A DNA stretch of 64,000 bases from Eledone cirrhosa (lineage: Eukaryota): the NCBI GenBank assembly GCA_964016885.1, contig OZ024743.1, positions 94,736,001-94,800,000 on the forward strand, given 5' to 3'. The position numbers and the translations under genes are program-made. Below the pieces are notes generated by a model. That model worked only from the letters and a program-made list of their open reading frames with translations, was not told where the DNA came from and made no database searches. How positions within the stretch are numbered: position 1 is the stretch's first letter; every line of letters begins with the position of its first letter. This document shows positions 49,629 through 63,794 of the stretch, in pieces.

Positions 49629-51157
49629 ATTACTTCTCTCGTAAGTGTACATATATATGAATATATAGTGAATTCTTTCTTTTTAAAACTTGTATCACTA
49701 TCAACTTATACACAACAGCAACACGTCTCTTCTCTTTGCTCTTCAACCTCTTAAAACGTATTGAAGCACAACTAGAGTGTCCTGCCGAGATTTCTTAACT
49801 CCACCTTTTTTTTATCATATTTCTATTGAAATACATTGCAAATAATTTTCAATGAATTTATGAAAATATATTTTTTTAAATGTTGGAATTCAGTAAAATA
49901 ACGTTTTCATTAGTAAGCTGGTTACATAAAATTATGATGGATTGTTTCTATATAATTATGAATACTTTAAAGCGGACAATTTTATATCATAGAATAGGAG
50001 CTGTTTTAAGTATCAAAAGGGTTAAATGCTATAATTATACTTCTTCTAAATGATGCAAATGATGATATTGTACAAGTAAACACTTGATCAAATATAAAGA
50101 CTGTCTGAACAGAAGGTTATTGAGTATATAGCTCTGTAGCCGGCACGTTACAATGCAAATGATCCAGTAACTCACATACTTTACTAGCGTGTATTAAATC
50201 GATCTGCTATGAATAATCCACTTCCACTCACGAAAGTATCTATATGTAGATAATATACTAGATTTCTCACTTCGCAGCATCCTCAACATCTGCTGGAGTG
50301 ATAGAGCGATTTTGTTACCAGCATTGAAGTTCTTGAAGAGACAGAGAGCACCAATGCATGTTTCCCGAATAGAAAATCATCATCGCTGCATGGCGAACTC
50401 TTCATTTTCCACTGAAACAGAGGGATCCGCAGAAAACGTACAAGGGTTCTCTAAAGAAATCTCTTTAAGCATGTCATATTGATCACCACCAGAGGTATGA
50501 TATGTCCTCTGATCAGGTGATCTGGTGACATACCATCTGTCAATTTCCTCCTTCGAGAATGAATGGAGGAAACCAGAACAAAATTAGACTTACTCTTGCT
50601 TTAGTCGTGTTTGCCTATCTTACGTTTTTCTCGTCAGTTACCAGCGAGCCTACGATAGATGTGGACAGCCCCTTTCATAAATCTTCGTTAACGAAGTAAA
50701 GTCATGATACTAGTTTAGTAAAATATCAAAGTCTGTCAGTACTCTGAACTTCTCTCAATAATATTCATATAAAAAAATAGAACCTTACCGTATCTTGTTT
50801 TAGAAGATGAATACTACGGTGGAAATCATATCTTTCTTGTTCACTGAGTTGTCTATATTCCTTCCTTACTCGGAGCATTATCATAGGATTTGGTTGTGAT
50901 GTTTTTGGTTCATCGGTTGGTAGATTATAATTTAGATAGTTTGTTGTCCAATTAGGACATATTTTCGCCATTTGGAGCTGACCGATGCAATATTTCCATA
51001 TATCGGCCTTCTTTTCAATTGGTGGATTTGTCGATTTGCATACATTATTAAAACAGTCTGGAACATAGCTACCTATTTCTGGAACATAATACTGTATATC
51101 TGACTTCACGTTAACGAAAGCCAGCAATATGATGAATGCTAGGTACAGACGATTCAT
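46453..51157 (-). CDS. tyr: Secreted tyrosinase, copy B; coding exons 51157-50789, 49505-49393, 47962-46453
   Basis: Same structure as copy A with all six copper His retained; 6 aa differences. Confidence 0.93.
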
Positions 51158-51350
51158 TGCTGAAAATATAAGAAAATGTAAAACATCATTCAGACGAAAG
51201 CATGGCTGTTAAGGAGTCTACTTTGCAACCACGTAGTTCTAGGCTCTGTCACTCTGTGCGGTGCTTCGAGCAAGTGTTTTCTACTAGTGAAATTTGGTAG
51301 ACAGAAATTACAGTGTGTCTGTCTGTCTATATGTTTGTTTGTTTGTGTGT

Positions 51351-51419
<69 letters not shown>

Positions 51420-52934
51420 CATCTCCGTATCTTTGTTTACGTTTATGTTTGTGTGTGCAGTATTTGTTCCAGCTCTTGAGATCATTAGCTCAATCCTCAT
51501 CGAAATCAACTTTGCCTTTCATTCTTCCAAATTTGATAAAACAAAGTGTCAGTTCAATACAAGGATCGATTCTCTACCTCCTCTCTATTTCTCTAGAAGA
51601 AGTCGGTTATGTTCAGACCTAGAGAGAGATGGGCTCTGCCAGGTTTAAAGTGGATGTAACGACGAGACTCCACCAGGAGTTAAGAGCTCAAAAGACGCAC
51701 ACTTATGGGATTCAACTCACATATTTGCTTCTTTTTATGGCTTACACTAAAACTAACCTGGGCGGGATTTGAACTCATCCATTTACACAATAATAATTTC
51801 AATAAATGCTGGAAAGAACGAGTTGATCTTGGTAAATATTGGTTTCAAATGTTCTAATTGAGGCGAGTTTAAAGAAATACCCTGTCTAATCGAATATCAA
51901 TTCAAAATTAAGATATATAACACTGACATTCTCCCTCTACCTATTTATGTATTATTTTGTTACTTGGTCTGCAAAACAAACTTCGAAAATTGAAGTATTT
52001 CAAAACCATGTCATGAGATTTATTACTGGTAAACGCCTAACAGACAGAGTTAAAATATTATTGTACATCTACGAGAAATGATACAACAATGAGCAGTTTT
52101 TGATAGTAATTCTCTCAAGTTGTTTTGCTACGTCAAATTTTCTATTTGTTGTCTCCCGAAAATCTTTCTGAAGAGGATATTATATCTTGAAAGAGAAATT
52201 AGGACGCTCCAATGTATATGAAGAGATCAGACCCTAAAATCTGCTTAGAGCATATAGTACATGAAAAGCGAAAATGAAGACGCCTCACTGATAGCTGGAG
52301 ACACCATTTCCTAAAATGGTCTTAATCCAAATCATGGAAAGAACTCAATAAAATGACAATGAACAGAGAGAGAAATGGAAAAAATACGTTCGTAAAGTTT
52401 CATACTCTACTACCGGAAACGGAAATAACGATTACCAAGCAGATTGCTAGATTTCTTCAATCGTGATTCAGTGAGACGATTATTATATTTTTGTTTGCTG
52501 TTACTAATACAATGTTTTGGAGTCTTTTGAGGTGGGAGAAATGAGATAAGATTGAGTGATGTTTATGAAGAAAATATCGGAGTTATTTGAATTATCTCTA
52601 CAATCCTCACGAAATTATTTCAAAATAATTAGCCATTTTGTCTCTATTGTGGGGTCGTTTACAATTGCTAACGTCTCTCTTGGGAATCCAGTCAGTTCTG
52701 TAAAGAGCGTTGTTTTAAATTATTGGACCTATTGTAGTATATTACTGGTATAGATTTAACCAAGCGTAATGTAAGTTAAATCAAAGGTAACCAGAAACAT
52801 CTGTGAATTGATTTAAATAGCAATAACTTCATAATGTATTGACACTAGTAAGACATGGAGATGGTGTTGTATAAATTAGAACTTCAGTTATGATATTGCT
52901 GTATGAACTTGTCATAATACAGTAAGACTCTTAC

Positions 52935-53016
52935 CTTCAGTTGGTTCTTAACACTTCCAGAACAATGTAGCTTGACAAAGTGATATGAATTCTTAAATAG
53001 TTACGGTATATATATA
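52935..53016 (-). promoter_or_regulatory. Putative promoter and non-coding exon 1 of tyrosinase copy B
   Basis: Same as 21194-21275. Confidence 0.6.
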
Positions 53017-53564
53017 GAGAGAAATAGAAATATTTGGAAATACCAGAATCTAATTAACTCTATGCCTATTGTTGGTATATATAATAACACATGGGAATCG
53101 ATGAATTAATTGCATGTTTCATGCTCTCCCACACACACTGCCCATCCCACAATTGTTGCAATCAAACGTCCTTTTACAGTTGTTGATATCACTCGATACA
53201 ACACGTGCTTATAGTAATCTTACATCAGTCAATGCTGTCCATCCCGGAACTCTCAGTTTATGACGAAATGCATTGCATTGAATATTTTTGAAACCCGTTG
53301 TTCAGGTTGTGGACTTTCTTTCCCACATCAGTCTGCACCAAGCAGACATATGGTCAAAGGCGTTCCATTCGTGACCATCCCATCGTTCTTTGTTGTTGTA
53401 TATATATTTTAGGATTACATTGGACAATGTGTTCTCCCGTTTTATAACGGAGGGAATTTGACTATGAAGTTTGTACTCCGTGGTTTGTAACTAACTTTTT
53501 AGTTGCAGCCATGTCATGAGTCCTTAAACTTTTGTTGGAGAGAGCCCATACCTCTCCAAGTTTG

Positions 53565-53600
<36 letters not shown>

Positions 53601-53605
53601 GGGAG

Positions 53606-53639
<34 letters not shown>

Positions 53640-55037
53640 TATTAGACCGGTACTTTATTTATCGATCTCAAAAGGAGAAAGACAATGTTGACCTCGGTTG
53701 GATTTGAACTCATGGCACAGGGAGCCGGCGCAAACACCGCAAAATATTCTATCTGACATTCTAACGACTCTGCCAATTTGCAGCTTAAATTGTTATATGC
53801 AATATGAGAATGACAAAAAGAAAAAAGAAAACACATGGAGGAGAAATGCAAAAGCAGGGGTCCCTACACCCTTGACTGCACTTCACAGACAAGATGGCGA
53901 AAGCATTACTGTAGAGACGAGCCAACAATACTTGTTGCGTCAGCCATTTCTACCTCATGAGGTCAACTTTACATCCTTGATGGACAGTGTATATTAGCTA
54001 CTGCATCTTACGGACAAAGTGGTGAAAGCATTGTCGTGGAGAACAGACAACGATACTCAATACATTTATCCATTCCACCTCGTTGTGCTCCTTCCTCAAG
54101 CATAATGCCCTCCCTATTGGGAGGAGGAAAAATGACAATCTGTGGATCGAGGGAACCCAACGTCTCAACACATTATACTCAACTGTAACCTATGTAGTAT
54201 GAGAATTTAATCCTAAATTATAGGACTTCAAACATTATCTTGGGAATGACTTGAATAATAATGGGCTCAAACAGATGAATTACCCCAGATTTCCTGACCA
54301 CTAATATCGAAAGAATTGGAAACGCATGATGTGGTTGGAGTATTACACCTAAACCTTTGCTCATAAGATAGTGGGTTAAATTCCTCCATGGAACTACGCG
54401 TTGTTTTCTTGAATAAAATATGTTATTTTATGGTGCTCTTTTTACCAGGAGTTGTGCCTCACAGATAGTAATCAATAAAGGAAAAGACCAATGAAATAGT
54501 TGTTTCCTTGGTCCAATCTGATGACCAGATTCTATTCTATTTTTTCCCCTAAAGAAATTAAGGTGTTATATTTATCGATATTTCGGAGGAACCCATAAAA
54601 GGTGACCTCGGCACTATCAACTGATTTGAACAACGGTACTCTCACTTCATCTTATTAGGTAATCGAAGCTGGAATGGCTTAACTTGAAGGTCTGGTGATA
54701 GGAGAGATGGGCAGATAGATTTAAATCCAACGAGAATCGAATTGGAATTTCATCGATCTTGGATCGATATTATAAAGTACCATGTGCGGGTCTCGAACGC
54801 AACAGACTAAACTTGCGCTCAACGTGTGCTCCGCTGTCTGTGTTGAGAAATACAATATATATACATACAATATATATACATATACAATTGTTTCTATATC
54901 GATCAGCTCAGGGTACATTTATAATCATGGGGCCTGACTCTTCTTCGACATCTCCTTAAATATGCGCGTTTTATACACACACACACATATATATATGCGT
55001 GTGTGTGTGTGTGTGTGTGTCTGTGTGTATGTGTGTG

Positions 55038-55202
<165 letters not shown>

Positions 55203-56584
55203 ATATCATCATGATCATCATTTTACGTTCGCTTTTCCCTGCTTGCAAGGATGAGACGGGTCCTCTTCAGCACAGAATCTCTCCATTCGTCATGGTTCCC
55301 AGTCATCTCTGTGAGCTTCAGCGATCTGAGGTCAGCTCTCACCACCTCCGCCCATGTTTTTCGTGGTCTTCCTCTACTGCGACTTCCTTCCACCGGGATT
55401 TCTTGGTACTTCTCCACCCAGCCGTCACCCTCCATGCGCATTTGTCCCACGCACTACAGTTTATCCCTCTTATACTGTTTCACTCTCAACCCGTCTATGC
55501 TTGATCGTACGCGCACATTGACATTGTACATCCATTGGAGCATGCTTGCTTCATTTCTCTCCAGCCGTCGCATATCCTCCGCATTTGCTGCCCATGTTTC
55601 ACTACCATGCAGCATCGCTCATCTCACACAGGCATCATATGACCGACCTTTCGTTCGTAGGGCGAAACACTTCGTTGTCAACAGAGGAGGCAGCTCTCTA
55701 AACTCCTTCCATCCTGTCCTTATTCTAGATATTATGACCTCGGAGCATCCTCCTCGCTTGCTAATATGATCACCTAGGTATCGGAAGCTATCAACTACCT
55801 CTATAGGTCCTACTTGCATTTGAAAAATATGCCTATCACTGACACTTCTACTATCAATTTTCCCTGAACATCCACTACATATGAGGTTTTCCTTTCCTGT
55901 TAGTTTGCCTGCCATCCCACTACACCTATTGTGTATCCAAAATCTGCATTGTGTACATTCTATAGAGTTTATATCCAACTCCTTCTCTATATACAGTATA
56001 TGGTCATTTCCCTGATGGAATCAGACTTTTGTCCTCTTTCCTACTTATCAACACTTTAGTCTTTGCTAGGTTCACTCTCAGTCCTCTTGATTCCAACTGC
56101 TGTTTCCTTAGCCATAATTTATTCTCTAGCTCCTCTGCTGTTTCTGCTATACCAGATCGTCAGAATAGAGAAGTTCCCATGGGCAGCCAGCATTAAACTC
56201 CTCTGTTATGGCTTGGAGAACTAAAATGAATAAAAGTGGGCTGAGGACTGAACACTGATGTACTCCTACTTGTGTCTGGAATTCCTCACTAAACTCCATT
56301 CTTACTCTCACTTTACTAACAGCTCCTCTCTACAGAGCTTAAGGGAACAAAGAATCAGTGTTGCATCATATACATATTTATTTACATATTACATGTGTTA
56401 CACTGTTGATCAGCTCGAGGAACGATCGATTAATGTTCGATCCTGACTCTGGAATCGTAAAGCTCCACAGATATGTTTTAACATGTAGACTGGCGTCAAC
56501 ACTGATTCTTTGTTCCCTTATATATTATTATTATTATTGATACTCTGCTCTCCACCATATATATATATATATAAATATAAATAA

Positions 56585-56653
<69 letters not shown>

Positions 56654-56658
<5 letters not shown>

Positions 56659-57187
56659 GGAAAAAATGAAACGATATTTCATTTCCCACTCTTAGTACGA
56701 CTGTTACTTAAATATAAGTATATACACGTACATACATACATGTATACAGACGTACAGTAGTTTGTATATATATATATACATACATGCACACATATATATA
56801 TGCACGTATGGATTCACCGAACATTTATTACAATGCTCTGTGTGTTTGTAAACAAGCATCCCGTATTAAGCCGTAGTGTCTAGCAACCACCGTTGCTCGT
56901 TTGTTCAACACTGACAAAGGAACGCTGTACTAGTTTCAAGCTTGTTAGCTATCGTCAGCAACGTATACCTTCCTGCCAGATTGTTGAACGTATATACTTA
57001 CATTATGCATATTAACGGCTGAGTAGCCCAATTTGCATATCGAGTGGGTTAATCAGCCGGGTGCACCGAAAACGATAAACGGAAAAAATGAAACGATATT
57101 TCATTTCTCACTCTTAGTACGGCTGTTACTAAAATATAAGTATGTACACGTACATACATAAATGTATACAGACGTACAGTAGTATGT

Positions 57188-57195
<8 letters not shown>
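56654..57195 (-). mobile_element. Non-coding retrozyme-like element (422-bp unit plus ~115-bp terminal direct repeat)
   Basis: taaacggaaaaaatgaaacgatatttc... occurs at 56654 and 57076; central hammerhead; flanked by (AT)n. Confidence 0.72.
56922..56964 (-). ncRNA. Minimal type I hammerhead with palindromic stem III
   Basis: ACGUUG CUGACGA U AGCU aaca AGCU U GAAA CUAG UA^CAGCGU. Confidence 0.85.
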
Positions 57196-57277
<82 letters not shown>

Positions 57278-57440
57278 GTTTCTACTTTAGGCACAAGGCA
57301 AGCAAATACCCAGTACATTACTGGTACTTTATTTTATCGACCCCGTAAGGATGAAAGGCAAACTTAACCTCGGTGGGATTTGAACTTAGACTGTAAAGGG
57401 ACGTAACTATGCTAGAAAGCATGGCGTCCAACCCTCTATA

Positions 57441-58041
57441 ATGACGGATAGTCCTGGCTTCTTACTCTATTTTTTAATTCATATGTATCACATCTGCAAC
57501 AACGCATCACGCCATTTTCATCCCTATATGTTTTCCCTCCGCTGTGACCTGTCTCTTTCTCTTCCCTTACTGCTATCCTCTTTCTCTCTCCGCCTTCTCT
57601 CTCCTTCTACCTCTTACTTTCATTCACCCCCTCTGCTAGTCACCCTTTCTCGGCTAGCCTCTTCCTCACACTTCCACTCACTCACTCTCTGCTACTCACC
57701 CTCTCTCACTCCCACTCGTCTGACCTATGTGAAATTCTTTTCTCGCTCACATTTCGCATGGTTCGGATGCATCTTTCGGCTTTCTCGTCTATGATTCGCC
57801 AGATCTTATGTTCACTTGCATCACTGACTTGATTTTCCACCCTTTACGTTGCCTTACCATTCTTGGTTGTTTACATGTCTCTCTTTTTCCACCCAATTCT
57901 TTTTATCCCAATAACTTTATTTAGTTATTGCTCGCGCTGGCCTGAGGTATATGATCTTTAATGCGAAGAAATACCTATGATGGCCAGAAGATCACTGATG
58001 ACGGATAGGCCTGGCTTCTTACTCTATTTTTTAATTCATAT
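57441..58041 (+). repeat. 557-bp unit with a ~44-bp terminal direct repeat
   Basis: atgacggatag.cctggcttcttactctattttttaattcatat occurs at 57441 and 57998. Confidence 0.75.
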
Positions 58042-58449
58042 ATATATATATATATTAGGTTATGCAAGATATGCTTAGGATTATCCTGAATGCAGTAATG
58101 GTTAATTACTGCACTAGATAGAATCGACGTACGGTGAGGGGTTATTCAACGAGTTATGAAAGAACAGTTAAAGAAACTCGATTTTCGATTCTTCCGATAA
58201 AGAATGATTAATAAAACAGGTAGACATCATAAAAAGGTAATTTATTCCGAGTACTTACAAATGTTTCTTTAGTAGTTACACAGCCTAGTGATGCTGTGTG
58301 CAAATTGTAGTTATTTATTTGCAGGTACCCAATTTTCAAATGCTGTTCATCCTACCAAGTCTCAGAGCAAATGGCTAAATTGTAAATTCCCTGGTATTTC
58401 CTAAAGGGAGTTATTGGGGAAGATAGAGTAGAAAAGGAAGAGAGAAAGA

Positions 58450-58519
<70 letters not shown>

Positions 58520-59004
58520 TAGCGGTCGGGGAAATGGGAGAGAGTGGTTTGAAGAATACAGATAGCTTAATCTAAATGTGATAGGGGTCCAACAAATGGT
58601 TTTATTATACTGCTTACTCTCAAAGTGACAACTTAGGCATTGTGTTGATATTGTCAAGTTTAGAATTATTTATTGCCACAGAGAGAAGGTTAGTAGATGT
58701 AGAGTAGGGGGGATATAGACAGAGGGCGAGAGAGAGAGAGAGAAAGGGAGGAGAGAAAGAGAAAGAGAGAGGGGGGACAGAAAAAAGCTAAGAGAAGGGG
58801 AAGGAAAGGCGATATACACCGAGTTGGTAGTTGCATTTTGCTGATCGCACTTAAGTATCCATTTATTACGATAAGCAAGCTACTGGCTTAGAGTGTGTGT
58901 GTGTGGGGTGGGGGGTGGGGGTGGGGTATAGTTGGGAAGTATTATTGAGTGAAATTAGTTAGCGAGAAAGTGGTGTAGTAGTCTCGGGTTCATATGTTAA
59001 GTTA

Positions 59005-59642
59005 TTTTATAGTGAGAAAATTTAGCCTTCAGTTTGTGGTTGCAGTATAACGATCGTTCGATTCTGTCATTTAGTAAGTTGTTTTTAGATTTCAAGATAT
59101 AAAAGAGTTCAAGGTTGCATAATCTGCAGTACTTTAATCCACTCCGATATGCACTAGCATTGGATAATTTATCCCATTTTAAGGTGAACTGCCGGAGGTA
59201 TTCACGGAGTTGTCAGGTCTTATTAACGAGTGTAGTTACATAACGGTGTTCAGGATGTTTAATCGAAAATCAATGACGATACCAGCGTGATTTAAAGGAG
59301 ATACTGGTAGACCCGATTAATACCATTTCTGGTCGTTTGATTCGACAGTGCGTTGGACTCTAGGCATTTATTCTTCAATGGGCATCTCTCGGGTAGGTGG
59401 CAATTGCAGTTTTTGTTATGGGTAACAGCTGTACCATGGATAGGTTGGGATAACAGTTCAGGTGGGTTGTGTAATACCCGTCTCCCATTTGGTGGAAGGG
59501 AGGTTGATATTACGTTATGCCCATCTGTTTCTAAAATATTTTGTTTTGTAGTTTTGTTTAATAATCGCTTTAAGTTAAGTTTTTTTTTTATGTATGCTTC
59601 TAGGTTTGGTGCAGTGGAGTGTGATAGCTTAACAATCTTAGA
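59005..59642 (-). pseudogene. Decayed GIY-YIG endonuclease region of a second PLE family (clade uncertain, Neptune/Hydra-like)
   Basis: Across frameshifts: VKLSHSTAPNL, CNCHLPERCPLKNKCLE, IGSTSISFKSRWYRH, YCRLCNLELFYIL...LLNDRIE...CNHK. Confidence 0.75.
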
Positions 59643-60382
59643 GTGTCTTTTATATCGGTAATCTAATTTATTCGGTCCTTAATGTTGCCATTGACTGACC
59701 AACGGTCAAAAATAATACAGATACAATATAGACACAAACACATATATATAGTTTATCAAAGTTCTTTCGTTGCACATCTGCAACATCGTCAGTGGTGCTA
59801 TTGTTTCCTCCCGTTGCATTGTATTTTCTAAACCCTCTTTATTTAGTCTGTTTATATATTTATTTATTTGTTTATTTTATTTTGTCTTCTTTGCGCATGC
59901 GTTTGCGTGTGTGTATAGTGTTTCGTTTGATGTGTGTTCGTGATTGGGTGATTGTGTATTGGTTAATGTATTCTATCTTTACTAGTGTGTGTTTATATGT
60001 GTTTGTTGTTATTGTGCTTGTGTATGTATTAAACACACACTAGTAAAGATAGAATACATTAACCAGTACACAGTCACCCAATCACGAACACACATCAAAC
60101 AAAACACTATACACACACGCAAACGCATGCGCAAAGAAGACAAAATAAAATAAACAAATAAATAAATATATAAACAGACTAAATAAAGATGGTTTAGAAA
60201 ATACAATGCAACGGGAGGAAACAATAGCACCACTGACGATGTTGCAGATGTGCAACGAAAGAACTTTGATAAACTATATATATGTGTTTGCGTCTGTATT
60301 GTATCTGTATTAATTTTGACCGTTGGTCAGTCAATGGCAACATTAAGGACCGAATAAATTAGATTACCGATATAAAAGACAC
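59643..60382. repeat. Inverted pLTR pair (arms 59643-59995 and 60030-60382) with divergent hammerheads at 59755-59796 (-) and 60229-60270 (+)
   Basis: The arms are near-perfect reverse complements separated by a 34-nt spacer. Confidence 0.9.
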
Positions 60383-60471
60383 AGAAGCGAAAAGCGAAAA
60401 CCAACCAAACAGTGAGTGTGTTCTGTTATTAATTCTGGCAATATTACACAAATATAACCCTCCCCAAGTAT

Positions 60472-60506
<35 letters not shown>

Positions 60507-62102
60507 TAGATAGATAGCTAGATAGATAGATAGATATGCAATGACTGATGATATGCAATTACAATAAATTTAGTCCATTAGATTATTATTCTTATATCGT
60601 TAAACAAAAGTGTATTATCTGCATATGGCATCTGATTTGCTTGAATATAACCATAAGCATTAGTACAAGAAAAGACTATTTATTTCTATATTACCATTCT
60701 TTAGGATGTTTTAGGATGGTAGATTTATAATCATGAAGTCGTGCTTTCACGTTTTGTTCTTGAGCAGGTTGCTTCATTTCCAATTGCTCAAGTCCGCTCA
60801 GCTGAAATATAAAAAAGAGTTGTATGCGTAATGACTGCAGATTAAATACTAGTCTGACGGGCAGGAATCACTCAAGTGTGGTTCTTATTGCCACAAGTGT
60901 GACCTTTTCTGTCTCATTGCTTTTGATTTTGCAGCCACGACGGTAGCTCTGGAATGATTATGTGGTTTTCAGAGCCTTATAATTTCATACTGATTCCTCT
61001 TGACACCTGGTCATCTCCTGTGACCTTTTCACACACATATATTGTGCTATAAAAGTCACAAGGAGTTAGGGGGTGTTAATACCACTGCAAATGCCCTCTA
61101 GTTGTCACTCTTTTATTTCGCTGGTTCAGGTATTGTGGTATGAACCTATGCGTATATCTGTGGAGGACTTGCTGCTTCCACTAATCCTCTTTGTTGAAAA
61201 CCTGGCGGATGTTTTCATGTATTTTGATAGGATTGATGGAAACCAAATCCTTCCACACATCGTCTAGGACCTCCTGCAACTGTTCTTTTTAGGTAATGTG
61301 AAGCCTTTGAACGTTTAACAATACAGAGATATGTTACCCTCCTTTTTTGTTTTGGCTCTTGTAAGTGTTGCTCCGACATTTTAGATCATATCCGTTGCTA
61401 ATATTTTTGGGAAAAGCACGAGTATGCCCCAATGACATTGTTTCTCACATTTTAAAATCTAAAATCTTTTGTCTCCTCTGAAGAAGGAATAATTCGCCTC
61501 TATTTTATAGAAACCTTTGAATACAATAAACATCTATTTCTTCTCCAGGAAATGAATGAGCAATTAAAACAGCTTTAATGTATTTTTTTAAATAAACAAT
61601 AATAAATAGGGACGAATGATTAATAATTGTTTCTACTTTAGGCACAAGGCCAGCAAATACCCAGTGCATTACTGGTACTTTATTTTATCGACCCCGTAAG
61701 GATGAAAGGCAAAATCAACCTCGGCGGGATTTGAACTCAGATCGTAAAGGGACGTAACTATGCTGGAAAGCATGGCGTCCGACCCTCTACCTATACTGCC
61801 AATCCACCGCCCTTTACTGCCAATCCGGTAGTTTCTTATATACATTTAATGAACATATACATTTATATACATTTAAAGACACTGTGGAAACTATTGCGAT
61901 AGTCAAGTATTACGTTGGATATTTGCAGTAGTGAGAATTACGATACAAATACAATCAAGGGCATACAAAACAAATATTGCCACATTTGTTTATATCTTTA
62001 TATTCACACGGTCAAAGAAATAACTGTATAAAGTAGGCCTAATTAAAATATATCAAACAGAACACACCCAAAATAACATTACCCGTATAATAAATGCTGA
62101 AA

Positions 62103-62133
<31 letters not shown>

Positions 62134-63656
62134 CTTCTTCTTCTTCTTCTTCTTCTTGAACCCTCCAATATTGAACTAGTTCTTTATTTATTGACCTCAA
62201 AATGATGAAAGCAAAGTTAACCTCATCAGGATTTGAACTCAGAGCACAAAGTGTCGGAATGAGTGATGCAAAGCATTCTATTCGACGTTCAATTCACCGC
62301 GTTTAGTTGAACCGCTGATCAGCAAAGCGTTAATTGAAGATTTTCTCAGGAGGCTCAGGACGTATCATGGATAATTTGTGAGAAGGTATTTGAGTATCTT
62401 CTCCACGCGTGGATTCTGGAAATATAAGTCTTGAGTAAAGTAAAAGCAATTAAAGGTACATACATCAAATTTAAATACAGTAGTACAACCCCATCATCTT
62501 GTGACAATAGGAATGTATTTGAGAGATCAGGGGAGGGCTGGTTGAACTGTAGCCAAGAGCCAACAATATTTTAAATAGCCCCAAACATAAATAAACGTTA
62601 ACTTTATAGATTAATACAAAGTACGCTTTTCTTAGCCATTAATTTTACTTCCTTTGCAACAACAGTTGCTACAGTTCCCTCGGTTTGTCCAGTCTAGATA
62701 TTAGTCATGAGATCACTACCAAATATTTTGCTCTCTTTCAAGATCGAATGAAACTTCTTACTCCTCTCATGTTTTTCAACGAGTTTCAACATCCAGTCGT
62801 TTGTTGCTCCAAGATATTTAGCCAGTCTAATTGTAGTAGTTTTGTAAGACAGTTCAAATTGCTTCGGACTCATTGAGTTCTGGGAAGGTAAAGACAATCC
62901 ACATCTGCCTTTGAGTGCCAATTCTCTTTATTTCACTGAAATTCCAGTTCAACACATTGAAGCGATAATTAACAACTGGAATTGTCATGTGCATTTAGCT
63001 CAGATTTCAGAACTGCTCGTTTTCTCCTATAACATTCTTTCCTTATATTCTCTTTCATGATTGCATGCTGAATGTCGGAGCCTTCATTTATACCTAGGTA
63101 TTTATAGGTTTGTTTCTGCTCAAGTTCGTTTATAACTGCTCCAACACCCAATTCAACTTATCAAACCCAACATCCAGGCACATTTATCAAACCCAAATTC
63201 CATCTCGGTGTAATCACTGAATATTTTCACAGTACGTAAAAGGACTTCAAGCTCATCATTGTCTTCGCCATATAGTTTTAGCTAATCCATATACAATAAA
63301 TGGCTTATTTTCCTGTCGTCAATTTTATATCGATAATTTTTTCTGTTAAGTCCCATTGTAAGGGATATACAAATTATTAGAGGTGAAAGTGAGTCACCTT
63401 GGAAAATGCCACAGTCGATGCTAATATTGCTTGAAATAACATGTTGTTTCAGAAAGTTAGAAATTATTGGAGAAAACTGATGAGTAGATGGAGGGAAGTC
63501 ATCGATAATGATGTGAATTATATAGAGGGCTAATTTTTAATAAAATGTGAAATTTGATGACTTGTTTTTCTGACCTAAATTTCGGACATTACTTATGGGA
63601 TGACCTGATAAATGAGGGTAACGTCTTCTTCCTCTTTCTGTCACACACACACACAC

Positions 63657-63794
<138 letters not shown>

